From Chiloscyllium plagiosum (lineage: Eukaryota): a DNA stretch of 20,000 nt. The notes below the pieces were generated by a model, which did not search any database, was not told the origin of the DNA, and saw only the letters and a program-made list of their open reading frames with translations. The DNA lies in contig NC_057751.1 in the NCBI RefSeq assembly GCF_004010195.1, forward strand, positions 16,591,792 through 16,611,791, written 5' to 3'. Position 1 is the stretch's first letter. The number at the start of each line of letters is the position of its first letter. Below, piece after piece: positions 1-10,694 of the stretch. Both the position numbers and the translations under genes were made by a program.

Positions 1-419
1 AGGTCTCCTTTCTGATGGTGGACTCTATTCCACTTTCCCTGTCTACTCACATACCCCATATCCTCTGCCTCCCTTGTCAATCAAGATTTGAACTACGGAA
101 GTGATTAGGACTTTAGGTCAAGTTACCAAATGAGGCAAAATGTATGAGCAGCTCCTTACTGTTTTGTATGAGGTCACACTCTAGATGAAAACACTTTGTG
201 ATATTCAAGTTTAGACCATGCTGCACACGTGACATGCCTGAACTTTAAACAACGCCAGATCCAAAAGCAAAGCCTTTCTATTTTGTAACGTTCTGTTTCT
301 TTATCCTGAGACCTTAACAACAATCAGTTTTCGTTTATACAAAATGGGGGTGAAGGATCATTATTCAAACTCAGAGAAAATGTTGACCAACATTTCTTTA
401 AACAAATCTCATAATTTCA

Positions 420-720
420 GCCTATTTCAACCTCTCCCTATGGCTCCTAGCAACATCCTTGTAAATCTTTTCTGCACCTTTTCAGGTTTAACGTCTTTCC
501 TACAGCAAGGAGACCAGAACTGAAGGCAGTGGCCTAACCAGTGTCCATACAGCTGCAACATGACCTCCCAACTTATTTACTTAATGCACTGACCAATAAA
601 AGCATGCCTTCATCGCTACCCTGTTCTACCTGTAACTCCACCTTCAACCTGCAACGCAAGGTCACTTTGTTCAGCAACACTCCTCAGGGACCTACCATTT
701 AAGTGGGTAAGTCCTGCCCT
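420..720 (-). mobile_element. CR1-clade LINE ORF2 fragment
   Basis: Close paralogue of 1770-2115 and reverse complement of the 3' part of the CR1 at about 18170-19240. Confidence 0.8.
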
Positions 721-1417
721 ACACTCCGCTCAACGACTTTGCAGAGATAACTACACAAAAGACTGAACTAAAATTATATATATTTTTTTAAATCTGGTGT
801 CTGCAGGCACTTCCTGTCTGTTTTTTCTTCCCCCACTTCATATCACTGTTGTGTCAAACTAGAATTTGGACGCTTACCATGTCGTGTAAGTCTTGGCTCC
901 ACAGTTTCAATTGGCAACAGGGGGTGATTGTGGCATGTTTACATGATTTCCACTTTAAATGTCTAACGAGGAACTTACAATGACAACCTCAAAATCAGGG
1001 CTGGATTGACTACATACGCACCCTTCCAAATTATACTTCAGTCACTGCACTGGTCCGCAAATCTATATTCGGTCTCGATGTCCCACGCATGCCACATTTG
1101 TGCTATATATTGCTTAGCTATCTCCAGAAGCTATATCCTAAACCTTGGGATTGTAAAGAGCTACAGTGATGAATTTAAATATTCCCAAGATCTACTGTGC
1201 TCAATCCAAGGACCATCTGCAACCTTATTCTTCGGCTCAAAGGAAGGTTTGACAGAGGTGTAAAAACATTATGACGGAGATGAAAGGAATGGGTTTGTAA
1301 TTTTGTAGGAGGGTCCTTTGATAAGAGTGGGAATCAGTACCAGCTTGACTGCTCCCCTCAGTGACACTATCATCCTGTGAGCAATGTTACATTTAAGTCT
1401 TTCATCCGATGCACTTA

Positions 1418-2115
1418 CAGTCATTGAGATGTACAGCATGGAAAAGACATGCCAACCAGATATCCTAAATTAATCTAGTCCCATACCACTAAATCCTTCC
1501 TATTCATCCAGATGCATTTTAAATGTAATTGTAACAGTCTCGACCGCTCCCTCTGACAGCTCATTCCATACAGGCACCACCTTCTGCAATGAAAATGTTG
1601 TCCTTTGGGTACCTTTTACATCTTTCCCCTCTCACTTTAAACCTGTGCCCTCTAGTTTTAGACTCCCCCGGCCTGGGAAAAAGATCTTGGCTACTCACCC
1701 TATCCATGCCCCTTTTAGTTTTATAAACCTCTCGAGGAGGTCACCCTTCAGTTCAAAGGAAAACAGCCCCAGCCTGTTCAGCCTCTCCCTATAACTCAAA
1801 CTCTCCAACCCCGGCAACATCCTTGCAAATCTTTTCTGCACCCTTTCAGGTTTAACGACATCTTTCTTACCGCAAGGAGAGCAGAATTAAACGCAGTATT
1901 CCAAAGTGGCCTACCCGATGTCCTGTACAGTCACAACAGAATGTCCCAACTCCTATACTCAGTGCATAGACCAATAAAGGAAAGCATACCAAATGCCGCC
2001 TTCACTATCCTATCTACCTGCGACTCTGCTTTAAAGGAACTATGAACCTGCCCTCCAAGGTCTCTGTTCGGCAGCACTCCCCAGGGCCCTACCATAAAGT
2101 GGATGAGTCCTGCAC
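1418..2115 (-). mobile_element. CR1-clade (HER1-like) LINE 3' portion with tail
   Basis: ORF 1931-2164 contains DLGGQVHSSFKAESQVDRIVKAAFGMLSFI, a typical CR1 RT C-terminal region. The tail gtcattgagatgtacagcatgg is the reverse complement of the tail at about 19620-19645. Confidence 0.88.
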
Positions 2116-2227
2116 TGATTTGCCAGAACCCAGTCATATTCCATGCAAAGTCCATCAACTTCAACTATGCTAAGGATGAAAGCACCATGGGGTTGTACTC
2201 CTATTTGCAGTGTGTTGAAAGTAGCTG

Positions 2228-2641
2228 GGTGGCAGATGGAGTTAAATTCAGATAAATGATAAGGCAAATCAAGGCAGGGCTTATACAGTTTGGTGTCTGT
2301 GCTACACCTGGACCTGACAAGCACCAAATCAGGACTTATACACTTAATGCCAGGGTCCTGGGGAGTGTTGCCGAACAAAGAGAGCTTTGGGGTGCAGGTC
2401 CATTGTTCCTCAAAGGTGGGGTCACATGTAGGTAGGATGGCGAAGAAGGCGTTTGGTACGCTTTATTGGTCAGTGCGTTGAGTATAGGAATTGGGAGGTC
2501 ATGATGCGGCTGTCACAATGATAAGGGCACTTTTGGAATACGGTGTTCAATTCTGGCAAATGGGACTAGATTGGGTTGGGATATCTGGGTCAGCATGGCC
2601 AAGATGGGCCGAAGGGTCTGTTTCTGCGCTGTATGACTCTA
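2228..2641 (+). mobile_element. CR1-clade LINE fragment, internally deleted, with 3' tail
   Basis: GVQVHCSSKVGSHVGRMAKKAFGTL and IRALLEYGVQFW motifs; ends in ...tctgcgctgtatgactcta. Confidence 0.85.
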
Positions 2642-2777
2642 GTTGCCTCACGCGCTGTGTCAGCGCCAGGCTTTGATGCCGTCCATGCGCACACGCAGTG
2701 TCAGCTCCGGGCCATGGGTCGGTCCACGTGTGCGTGGATGTCAGCTGCCGGCAGTGACAGATCACTGGACAGACAGT

Positions 2778-3707
2778 CATGATGTGGAGGGGGCTGGTGC
2801 AGGACTGGGGTGGACAAAGTTAAAAATCACACCACACCAGGTTATACGCCAACTGGTTTAATTGGAAGCACACTCGCTTTCGGAGCGACGCTCCTTCATC
2901 CGGTGGTTGTGGAGGACCCAAGTGTAAGATGCAGAATTTATAGCAAAAATTTACAGTGTGATGGAATGGAAATTATACACTGAAAAATACCTCGATTGTT
3001 TGTTAAGTCTCTCATCTGTTAGAGTGACCATGTTAGTTTCACTTCTTTCATGTGTAAATCAAAAATTCTTTTTTTAAAAAGTTACATTCTCAGGTTCACT
3101 TTAACAGTTGGTGTCAGCCCAGCTAATATGTTGAAGGTGTTAGCTCCCTGTGTGCTGTTGTCTGTGCCATAGTGTTTAGACCGATTCTAATCTAAAAAAT
3201 GAGTTCACAGAGTCTTACATGGTCACATACACATATATGTTTGTGGGGTGGATTTGTGCTGGGCTGGCAGAGTTGTACTTTGCCCAAAAACTGCATGAAT
3301 CCATGTAAGACTCTGTAACCTCGTTTCTTAGATTAGAGTCAGTCTAAACACTATGGCACAGACAACAGCACACAGGGAGCTAACACCTTCAATATATTAC
3401 CTGGGGCTGACACCAACTGTTAAAGTGAACCTGAGAGTGTAACTTTTTAAAAAAGGTTTTGTGATTTAAACATGAAAGAAGTGAAACTATCATGGTATTC
3501 GAACAGATGAAAGACTCAACAGACAATCAAGGTATTTTTCAGTGTATAATTTCAGGTACATCACACTGGAAACCTTTGCTATAAATTCTGTGTCTTACAA
3601 TTGTGTCGTCCACTATCACCTGATGAAGGAGCGTCGCTCCGAAAGCTAGTGTGCTTCCAATTAAACCTGTTGGACTCTAACCTGGTGTTGTGTGACTTTT
3701 TGACTTT
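2778..3707. mobile_element. Head-to-head inverted pair of non-coding Penelope-like terminal segments (family A hammerhead)
   Basis: About 408-bp arms at 2815-3222 and 3301-3708 are imperfect reverse complements. Flanked by ggacagacagt (2767-2777) and ggatagacagt (3708-3718). Confidence 0.8.
3617..3651 (+). ncRNA. Minimal type-I hammerhead ribozyme motif, intact (family A)
   Basis: cac-CTGATGA-a-GGAGC gtc GCTCC-GAAAGCTA-gtg. Stem I is cac/gtg, stem II is 5 bp, stem III is palindromic AGCT; predicted cleavage after CUA (3648). Confidence 0.8.
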
Positions 3708-4149
3708 GGATAGACAGTAGCTTTCTTACATTTTAAAAAAATGTACGGTATTAAATTTACCTTTGTTTCATTAATAAATATGATTTCAACCTTCATTCAA
3801 GCTGCGCTATACTTTGCGTTAGACTTTTGGGTGATTTTTGAGCGGTTTTTTTTTGCTGTTCTGCCCCTGATCCCACTCATCCCATAGACCCCATTATTTC
3901 TATTAAGCAAGGTTTTGCTCAAATGCAACTACGACATTATTGGAGAACTACCTGTATATTTACAAGTTGTTTCAAAGGCCAATTCCAGCAGAGTAAATCT
4001 GGCTCACCATGGGAGCTGTGCTTGTGTATATAAATGCGTTCTTAAGGGCAAACAACTCCACTCATTGAGCAGATGCGCTATGTGTGGCCACAGTGCCTTG
4101 TGGAACTGAAAGGCACGCATCGGAGCCTTGTGCTTTCCGGGCATAACAG

Positions 4150-4905
4150 CAGTAGAAATAGCAGCAGGAATAGGCCATCTGGCCCTACCTGGCCTGCTCT
4201 GCCATTCAACAAGATCACGGCTTATCGTTTTGTGAACTCGGTTCCACTTCAAACATCTATCTGCCTTAAAAACATTCAACAAGGTAGCCTCAGCTGTTTG
4301 ACTGGGCAGGGAATGCCACAGATTCACAATTCTTTGGGTGACAGAGTTCCTCCTCAGCACCGTCTAAATTTGCTCCCCCCCCCGCCCCTTTATTTGAGGC
4401 TCTGCCCCATAATTCTAATTTCACCCGCCAGTGGAAACAACCTCCCTGCTTCTAACTTATCTATTCCATATTTCTATAAGATTCCACCCCCCCCCCCCCA
4501 TTCTGCTAAATTCCAGTGAGTATAGTCCCAGTCTACTCAATTTCTCCTCATAAGCCAACGCTCTCAACTCAGGAGACAACCTGGTGAACCTCCTCTGCAT
4601 CCCCCTCCAGTGCCAGTACATCCTTTCTCAAGTAGAGACCAAAACTGGACACAGTACTCCAGGTATGGCCTCACCAGCACCCTCCATAGCTGCAGCATAA
4701 CCTGTTTTTAAACTCATCCCTCTCGCAATGAAGGACAACATTCCATTCGCCTTCTTAATTATCGACTTTTTGCGATTTGTACAAAGACACCCAGATCCTT
4801 CTGCACAGCAGCATGCTGCAGTTTTTCACCATTTAAGTACTAGTTTGTGTTGCTGTTAATCCTACCAAAATGGGGACCTCGCATTTATCATCCATCCATC
4901 TGCCC
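4150..4905 (-). mobile_element. CR1-clade LINE 3' portion (second subfamily)
   Basis: LRRNSVTQRIVNLWHSLP..AEATLLNVFK matches the CR1 ORF2 C-terminus (RxNFFTQRVVNLWNSLP). Tail near 4150-4200. Confidence 0.82.
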
Positions 4906-5348
4906 ACTCACTTAACCAAGCCAGTGGGGAAAAGTAAAATGGATAATCCAAGTTATATTCTCAGACATTTGCTGCTCTTTGCCCTCGGTCCAGAATCGGT
5001 CACAGTGTTCCAAATTCAGAAGGGGAATTCTCAGTCAGGTCATGCACTGTGGTGTATGGCCACTATTGGAGAACGGAATTAAGCTCCATTAGGATCTCCA
5101 AGTCAGTTGAGTCTTACTGACGCTCGACACCCCCATTCGGCTGAGGAAGAAGGGTTGTGAACCGAAGTAGAGAAGAAAACTGGCCTGCAGAAACGTCACG
5201 GCCTACAATTTCCAGGTAGCTACTGCCACCTCTGTGATTGCACCGAGATTATTTGAACCCCAAAGTCAAAAGCCACAAGGTGACAACAAGAGGATAGGTT
5301 CCATCAATCCCTTTTCTCATGATAGAAGTGAGTTATCCCATTGTAGCA

Positions 5349-6157
5349 TTAACCTTACAGAAGCAGACAATACACACACATTTCCATCCCTTTCATACGT
5401 AGAAAGGCAGACACACTTTGGCTAGATTAGACTGTGGTGCTGGCAAAGCACAGCAGGTCAGGCAGCATCCGAGGAGCAGGAAAATTGACGTTTCGGGCAA
5501 AGGCACTTCATAATATTAAACAAATTTAGCTGAAGTCTTTCATCTTTTAGAATAATCATGTTAGTTTCGGTTCCTTCATATGTTTTTAAAGTTACATCCT
5601 CAAGATAGCTTTAACAAAAGGTGCCACCTCAGCCTGGATAATGCATTGAAGGTGTGAGGTTAAACTCTGTCTCTGTCCTATTGTTAGGTCAGACTGATTC
5701 TGTTTCTAAAGTGGGATTTACCAGACCTTACATGGATTTATGCAGTTTTTGAGGAAAATAGAATGTAATTCTGCAAGTACAAACTCACCCCATAAACTTA
5801 GACGTGTGTGCATGCATGTGAGTATGGGGGTGTGAGTGTCTGTGAGACAGTGTGTGTTTGTGTACGTGTGTGAGTGTAATGTGTTATAAGGCTGTGAGAG
5901 GGTGCACGTGTGACCGTATGTGAGAGAGCTTGTATGAGAGACGGTCAGCGCGAGTACCACTTACAACCCTTAAACAATATGTCACTTTCCTGATGAAGGG
6001 CTTATGCCTGAAACGTCAATTTTCCTGCTCTTCGGATGCTGCCTGACCGGCTGTGCTTTGCCAGCACCACTCTAATCTAGCCAAACTGTGTGTCTGCCTT
6101 TCTACATAGGAAAGGGATGGAAATGTGTGTGTATCGTGTCTGCTTCTGTAAGGTTAA
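5349..6157. mobile_element. Fold-back element with about 160-bp inverted termini containing PLE-type ends (family B hammerhead)
   Basis: 5349-5510 is an imperfect reverse complement of about 5993-6157. The interior (5540-5800) resembles the body of the 2778-3707 element; TG-rich tract at 5800-5940. Confidence 0.75.
5987..6020 (+). ncRNA. Minimal type-I hammerhead motif (family B), core intact
   Basis: ttc-CTGATGA-a-GGGC ttat GCCT-GAAACGTC-aat; GUC triplet ends at 6017; stem I imperfect. Confidence 0.65.
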
Positions 6158-6439
6158 CGCCAAGGATTACAAAAACGCTATCGTTGCCACTTATAACCCA
6201 AGATGTCATCCTCAAAGGAACGGTGGCTGTCTGCTCACTCTGTCCTTGGGGAATAGCACATGACCTTAGAAGACTAAATGATGCAGTGGTGAAGGTATGT
6301 GGTATGGGGGAAGGAGGATACAATGTGGTCATTTGAACGTTGAGAATACTTACAGACAATTAACCAGCAAAGTACAATACTGCTACCTAGTGGATCATTA
6401 CAGTATTACATGGAAAATATAAAGAACTGCTTTTAAGCA

Positions 6440-6605
6440 AAGTTAAACACACACTAGGTTATAGTCCAACAGGTTTAATTGGAAGCACACTAGCTTTCAG
6501 AGCACTGTTCCTTCACAAGCACCTGAAGGAGTGGCGCTCCGAAAGCTAGTGTGTGTGATTTTTAACTTTGCACACTGCAGTCCAACACCGGCCATCTCCA
6601 AATCA
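6440..6605. mobile_element. Miniature inverted PLE-end insertion (family A), hammerheads degenerate
   Basis: Same terminal sequences as 2778-2900 and 3617-3708. Flanked by tgcttttaagca (6428-6439) and tgcctttaagca (6606-6617). Confidence 0.72.
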
Positions 6606-6763
6606 TGCCTTTAAGCAGGACGCGAAGTGAAAAAGTGTAAGGACTGTTCTAAAGTGGATTTTCTCCTTGAGAGGTTCAACATGGGATCCTTTTGTTTTGT
6701 TCATACACAGGAATGAGGGCATCATTGGCTAGTCCTCTGCATTAACAGTCTTCGAATACCAGT

Positions 6764-6883
6764 AGATTAGAAGTGGTGCTGGAAAAGCACAGCAGGTCAG
6801 GCAGCATCCGAGGAGCTGTGTTCTCTAGCATGGACGGGTTGGACCGAAGGATCGGTTTCCATGCTGCACATCTCTATGACTCT
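6764..6883. mobile_element. Family B PLE terminal fragment (about 6764-6815) abutting a CR1 tail (about 6828-6883, +)
   Basis: gattagaagtggtgctggaaaagcacagcaggtcaggcagcatccgaggagc is shared with 5425 and 14133; the tail is shared with 14775-14830. Confidence 0.7.
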
Positions 6884-7130
6884 TATGAACTCCCTGGTCT
6901 CTCGCCCATCACAGTCAGTGAGACCTCTCTGACTGCCCTCAGTTGGCAAGGATGAGTTCCACCAAAGCAGAACTGACAAAGATCTTTACTTGGGTTCCAA
7001 AACCCATTCCCCAGAATTAGGGTGAGCCAGTACACATTATCAACAGCACCACACAGTGTAGCTGAGGATCCACTAACAGAAGCAGAGCACACAGAAACAT
7101 CCATGGAGTTCAAATAATCCAGGTTCATGG

Positions 7131-7235
7131 TTTATTTGCAGGTCGCAGTGTATGAAAACATTATGCAACGCACAACATAATCTCATATCAGGTAAAGGAG
7201 AATTTCAAAAGAAACATTGCTATTGGATCTTTATT
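7131..7235 (-). promoter_or_regulatory. Two candidate distal AATAAA signals (7230-7235, 7131-7136)
   Basis: Plus-strand tttatt at both positions, at the end of a largely non-repetitive stretch downstream of the RNF181 stop. Confidence 0.3.
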
Positions 7236-7759
7236 AAGCTCCCTGTCCCAAAACCACTCATTCTCTCCCCCCCCCCCCCCCCCAAGTACTGAGCCCTTGC
7301 ACAGGACAGACTCCACTGCCAGTGGGCACTTTCTGAGGCTTTGCACAGACACAGCAGGGCGTTAAACATCAGAACCGGAGCCTGTCCTATTCCTATCGCT
7401 TTGTGAAACAAGACTCCCCCCCCCCCACCTTCTTGAAGCATGGAGACAAGAATTCACTGCAGTAATCAGAACGCTTCTCCGAGGGAAAGCAATTTTCGTT
7501 TTCGGCTTTATCTGACAGTTTGCTGGAAACTCAGGCTCTTTGTCCTGGGGAGTGAGCGATTCACCAAAAAAGCACAAACGTGGACCGACACCCGGACAAA
7601 GCAGTGGAGGCAAAGATGCTATAATCAAACAGCTGGGTGAGGCAGTGTGGGTCAGCCCAAGTGGACGAGTCAAACATGCTCTTCCTGGAGTCAAATTACG
7701 TTAAGATCTGCACTGGACGGCACAAATGTCCTAACTATGGATCACTTCTGACAGGTCAT

Positions 7760-7975
7760 TTACAGAATTCTTACAGGGTAGATGCCGATAAGATGTTTCC
7801 CCTCTATCTGGGGAGTCTTAGGTTAAAAAGGGGGGCAAGCAGGTCATTTAGAACCGGAGACAAGAAGAAATTCCTTTTCCCAGAGGATGGCAAACCTGGA
7901 TAACTCTTCGCGCCCGGAGAGCTGCGGATGCAGGAAGACAGGAGTCGGTAGATTTCTGGTTATTAATGGCATCCT
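7760..7975 (+). mobile_element. Diverged CR1-clade 3' fragment
   Basis: RVDADKMFPL...SFRTGDKKKFLF resembles the CR1 ORF2 C-terminus. Confidence 0.55.
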
Positions 7976-8741
7976 GCTTTCAGATTCCTGGGAATGGCAG
8001 GACTTTGCCTAGGCACATTGCTATAACTTGAAAAATACCAAGGCAATGCTGTTCAGCGGAAATACTCTATTAGGCAAAACTGCGTCCAACTCTGTTCTGT
8101 AGTGCTCGCAGCAAATAAAAAAAAAGTTGTTTGGCTTTCTCCATTAAAAGGCCACATCCAATACTTGGTTAGACAATTCATTTCCAGCAGAAAGCATTCA
8201 CCATATGACAAAGCAAGTTCACAAGCCTATTGGCCCAACGTGCCCGAGAGTCACATTAAAGGAGCACGCAGATTCACAACTACAGAATAGACTTTGCATA
8301 GAGCCAGTGATTTTTAAAAGACTCTTAAATGTCAAAAAGGCCAGTCAAACTAACATTTGAAGATGCACTGCTCGTGACTTCCCGCCTACAGGAGGAGCAG
8401 TGGGGTTTCTTCACCGCCATCAGCTCATTGTAAATGGTTTGCCTTAGTCATGCAATGTTAAACGGCATGTGCTCAATCCCAGCTCCAAAGCCATTAAAAC
8501 CTTCTAACTGACCCACTGACAAGGACGCACTGGGAACTCAATCCCTGGAACAGATCTTAAGGCAGCCCAGAAGGAGGAAAAGAAATACAGAGCACCTGAA
8601 CTAATAAAAAGAGGGAAATGGATTATGGATACAATTTCAATTCAAAAGGCTCTCAAACCACACAGCAGTAAGTCAGAAAAACACCAGTGAGATGGACTGA
8701 TGATTTGAGATTGTTAGTGCAGAGATTCTGTTGTACAGACA

Positions 8742-8747
8742 TTTAAT
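8742..8747 (-). promoter_or_regulatory. Candidate proximal polyadenylation signal (ATTAAA) of RNF181
   Basis: About 340 nt after the stop codon. Followed on the minus strand by a GU/U-rich tract (TGGTGTTTTTCTGAC...TGTGTGGTTTG, about 8655-8686). Confidence 0.5.
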
Positions 8748-9085
8748 ATTTCACACATTTTTTGGTCCAATAGATCCAATTTCTGGAAGAAAACTTTCAA
8801 ATGGAATTGGGTTTGTAAAGAACAGGCGTTGCGATTGTTGGCGGCTCCAGTAACAATGTCCCGAAGCACACGGAGATGGCGAAGACACGAACTCTTCCAC
8901 AGCGCCCGTCAGATTTGCAGAAACCCAGTCTCAAAGTGCACCGCGCTACCTGCTGGTTTCAAAGGGAAAGGAAAGCAGGGTCCATTCCGACAACTCTTCA
9001 GAAGCTCCGGGAGCCTGACCAGGAGCCACCGGGATGGCGGGAAAGAAAACGCACCGAGGGGCTCGAAGGACCATGCCCCGGTTGG

Positions 9086-9145
9086 TCATGTGTACATGGC
9101 ACCATGCAGGTATTCCAGGCGGTGCTCCTTCTGCTTCCTTCGCTC
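9086..9145 (-). CDS. RNF181: RNF181 last coding exon: ERRKQKEHRLEYLHGAMYT*
   Basis: Acceptor ctctttctgcAG at 9146-9147 and TGA at 9086-9088. The C-terminus HRLExLHGAMYT is characteristic of RNF181. Confidence 0.96.
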   Translation of the reverse strand, partial: ERRKQKEHRLEYLHGAMYT

Positions 9146-9515
9146 CTGCAGAAAGAGAGCAATAGAGGTGACCTTTCACAGCAGGAAAGAACTCACTTAA
9201 TACTCGGATCTTGCCAGGTGTAGATAGCTGATTATCTGCAAGACTAATCTTTCAAATATTCCTGCATGTTGACTGGCAGACTGTAGGTGAATGGAATTCT
9301 TCAGATGTGATGCTAACTATCCGAAGCCTTAAAACAGCTCATATTAGTGACAGGGTGCTATGGTCGCTCCTGCCGGAACAAAGGCCAAAGAACATTCCAG
9401 CCCAGGAACAGGCCCTTTGGCCCTACAAGCCTATCCTGATCCAGATTCTCCATCTAAATCTGTCGCCTATTTTCGAAGGGTCTGCGTCCCTCTGCTCCCT
9501 GCCCATTCATGTATC

Positions 9516-9944
9516 ATATCGTATCAATGTGGAATAGCCTGGAGGCAGAACGCCTCATCTTCCACCTCCGCACCCTCCAACCCCATGGCATCAATGTGGA
9601 TTTCACCAGTTTCCTCATTTCCACTCCCCCACCTTACTGCAGTTCCAACCTTCCAGCTCATGACCTGTCCCACCCGTCCATCTTCCTTCCCACTATCCGC
9701 TCTACCCTCCTCTCCGACCCATCACCTTTACCCCCACCTCCATCCACCTATTGCACCCTCAGCTACCTACCCTCCAGCCCCAGCCCCACAACCCCTCCCC
9801 ATTTATCTCTCCACTCCCGCGGCTGCCAGCCTCATTCCTGAAGAAGGGCTTTTGCCTGAAACGTCGATTCTCCTGCTCCTCGGATGCTGCCTGACCTGCT
9901 GTGCTTTTGACTCTAATCTCCTGCATCTGCAGTCCTCACATTCG
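9516..9944 (+). mobile_element. 5'-truncated Penelope-like element 3' end (GIY-YIG C-terminus, C-rich spacer, hammerhead, tail)
   Basis: LEAERLIFHLRTLQPHGINVDF fits the ExxxIxxLxTLxPxGLN end of PLE GIY-YIG domains. TSD ccattcatgtatc (9503-9515) / ccattcatggatc (9945-9957). Confidence 0.82.
9834..9869 (+). ncRNA. Minimal type-I hammerhead motif (family B)
   Basis: attc-CTGAAGA-a-GGGC tttt GCCT-GAAACGTC-gatt; GUC triplet ends at 9865. Confidence 0.7.
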
Positions 9945-10694
9945 CCATTCATGGATCTGTGTAGATGCATCTTCAATGACGCTATCGTGCCCTCCTCTAC
10001 CACACTCCACTGGCAACGCCTTCCAGGTGCCCACCAGCCTCTGCGTGAAGATTTTTCCACACAATATCTCCCTTAAACCTTTCCCCTCTCATCTTGAACT
10101 TGTGACCCCTAGAAATTGAGTCACCCCCCACTCTGTCTGTACCTCAATCAGGTCTCCCCCTCGATCTCCGTCTCTCTAATGAAAATAATGCTACCTTTCC
10201 TCCATAGCTAGCTAGGGCAACAGCCTGGTGAACCTCCCCTGCACCCTCTCCAAAGCGTCCACATCCTTTTGCTGAGGGGGGTGACCAGAACTGTACGCGG
10301 TATTCCAAATTGAGCCCACACACTCCAACAAATACCAATTCCAATTCTACTTAACCCACCTCCAACAAAATGAACAAAAAAAGGTATTAACCCCCTGAAT
10401 ACAATCACAGAATCCCTAATACACCTTGGAATTATGACTGTCACTTATTGGCAGCAGGATCGCAGCCATATTCCCTATCTGAGGTGATTGGGATTAACAT
10501 GTATGCTGGCAACCCACATACCACTCACCCAAGATGTAAATCTATTAAAAGTGCTCTGCATAGCCTTCGAGAATGTGACATGTGGGTCACCTTTATTCAG
10601 AATGACCCAATACACACTAAATCGTTGAAAAGCAGCTTCCTCAATTGAAGGTTTAACTATTGCTGGGATACTGCCAGGCCCGGAGAATTGCAGC

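Larger units (their letters stand above)
9375..10315 (-). mobile_element. CR1-clade LINE 3' portion interrupted by a PLE insertion
   Basis: NLEYRVQFWSP and LFSLERRRSRG motifs (ORF 10144-10344); tail near 9375-9430. Confidence 0.8.

Noticed and set aside
1278..1407. Possible structured RNA closed by gatgaaag/ctttcatc
   Set aside because: Only an 8-bp terminal stem; no convincing C/D or H/ACA boxes or extended pairing.
4001..4035. Second ATG|GTGAG candidate first exon (minus; ATG 4008-4010)
   Set aside because: Pyrimidine at -3, no other support, compatible with chance.
8829..9223. Plus-strand ORFs of 115-123 aa
   Set aside because: Antisense to the RNF181 last exon and UTR; no recognisable domain.
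9360..10076. 238-aa Pro/Ser-rich ORF
   Set aside because: Runs across a CR1 tail, a PLE C-rich spacer and the hammerhead; low complexity, no protein motif.
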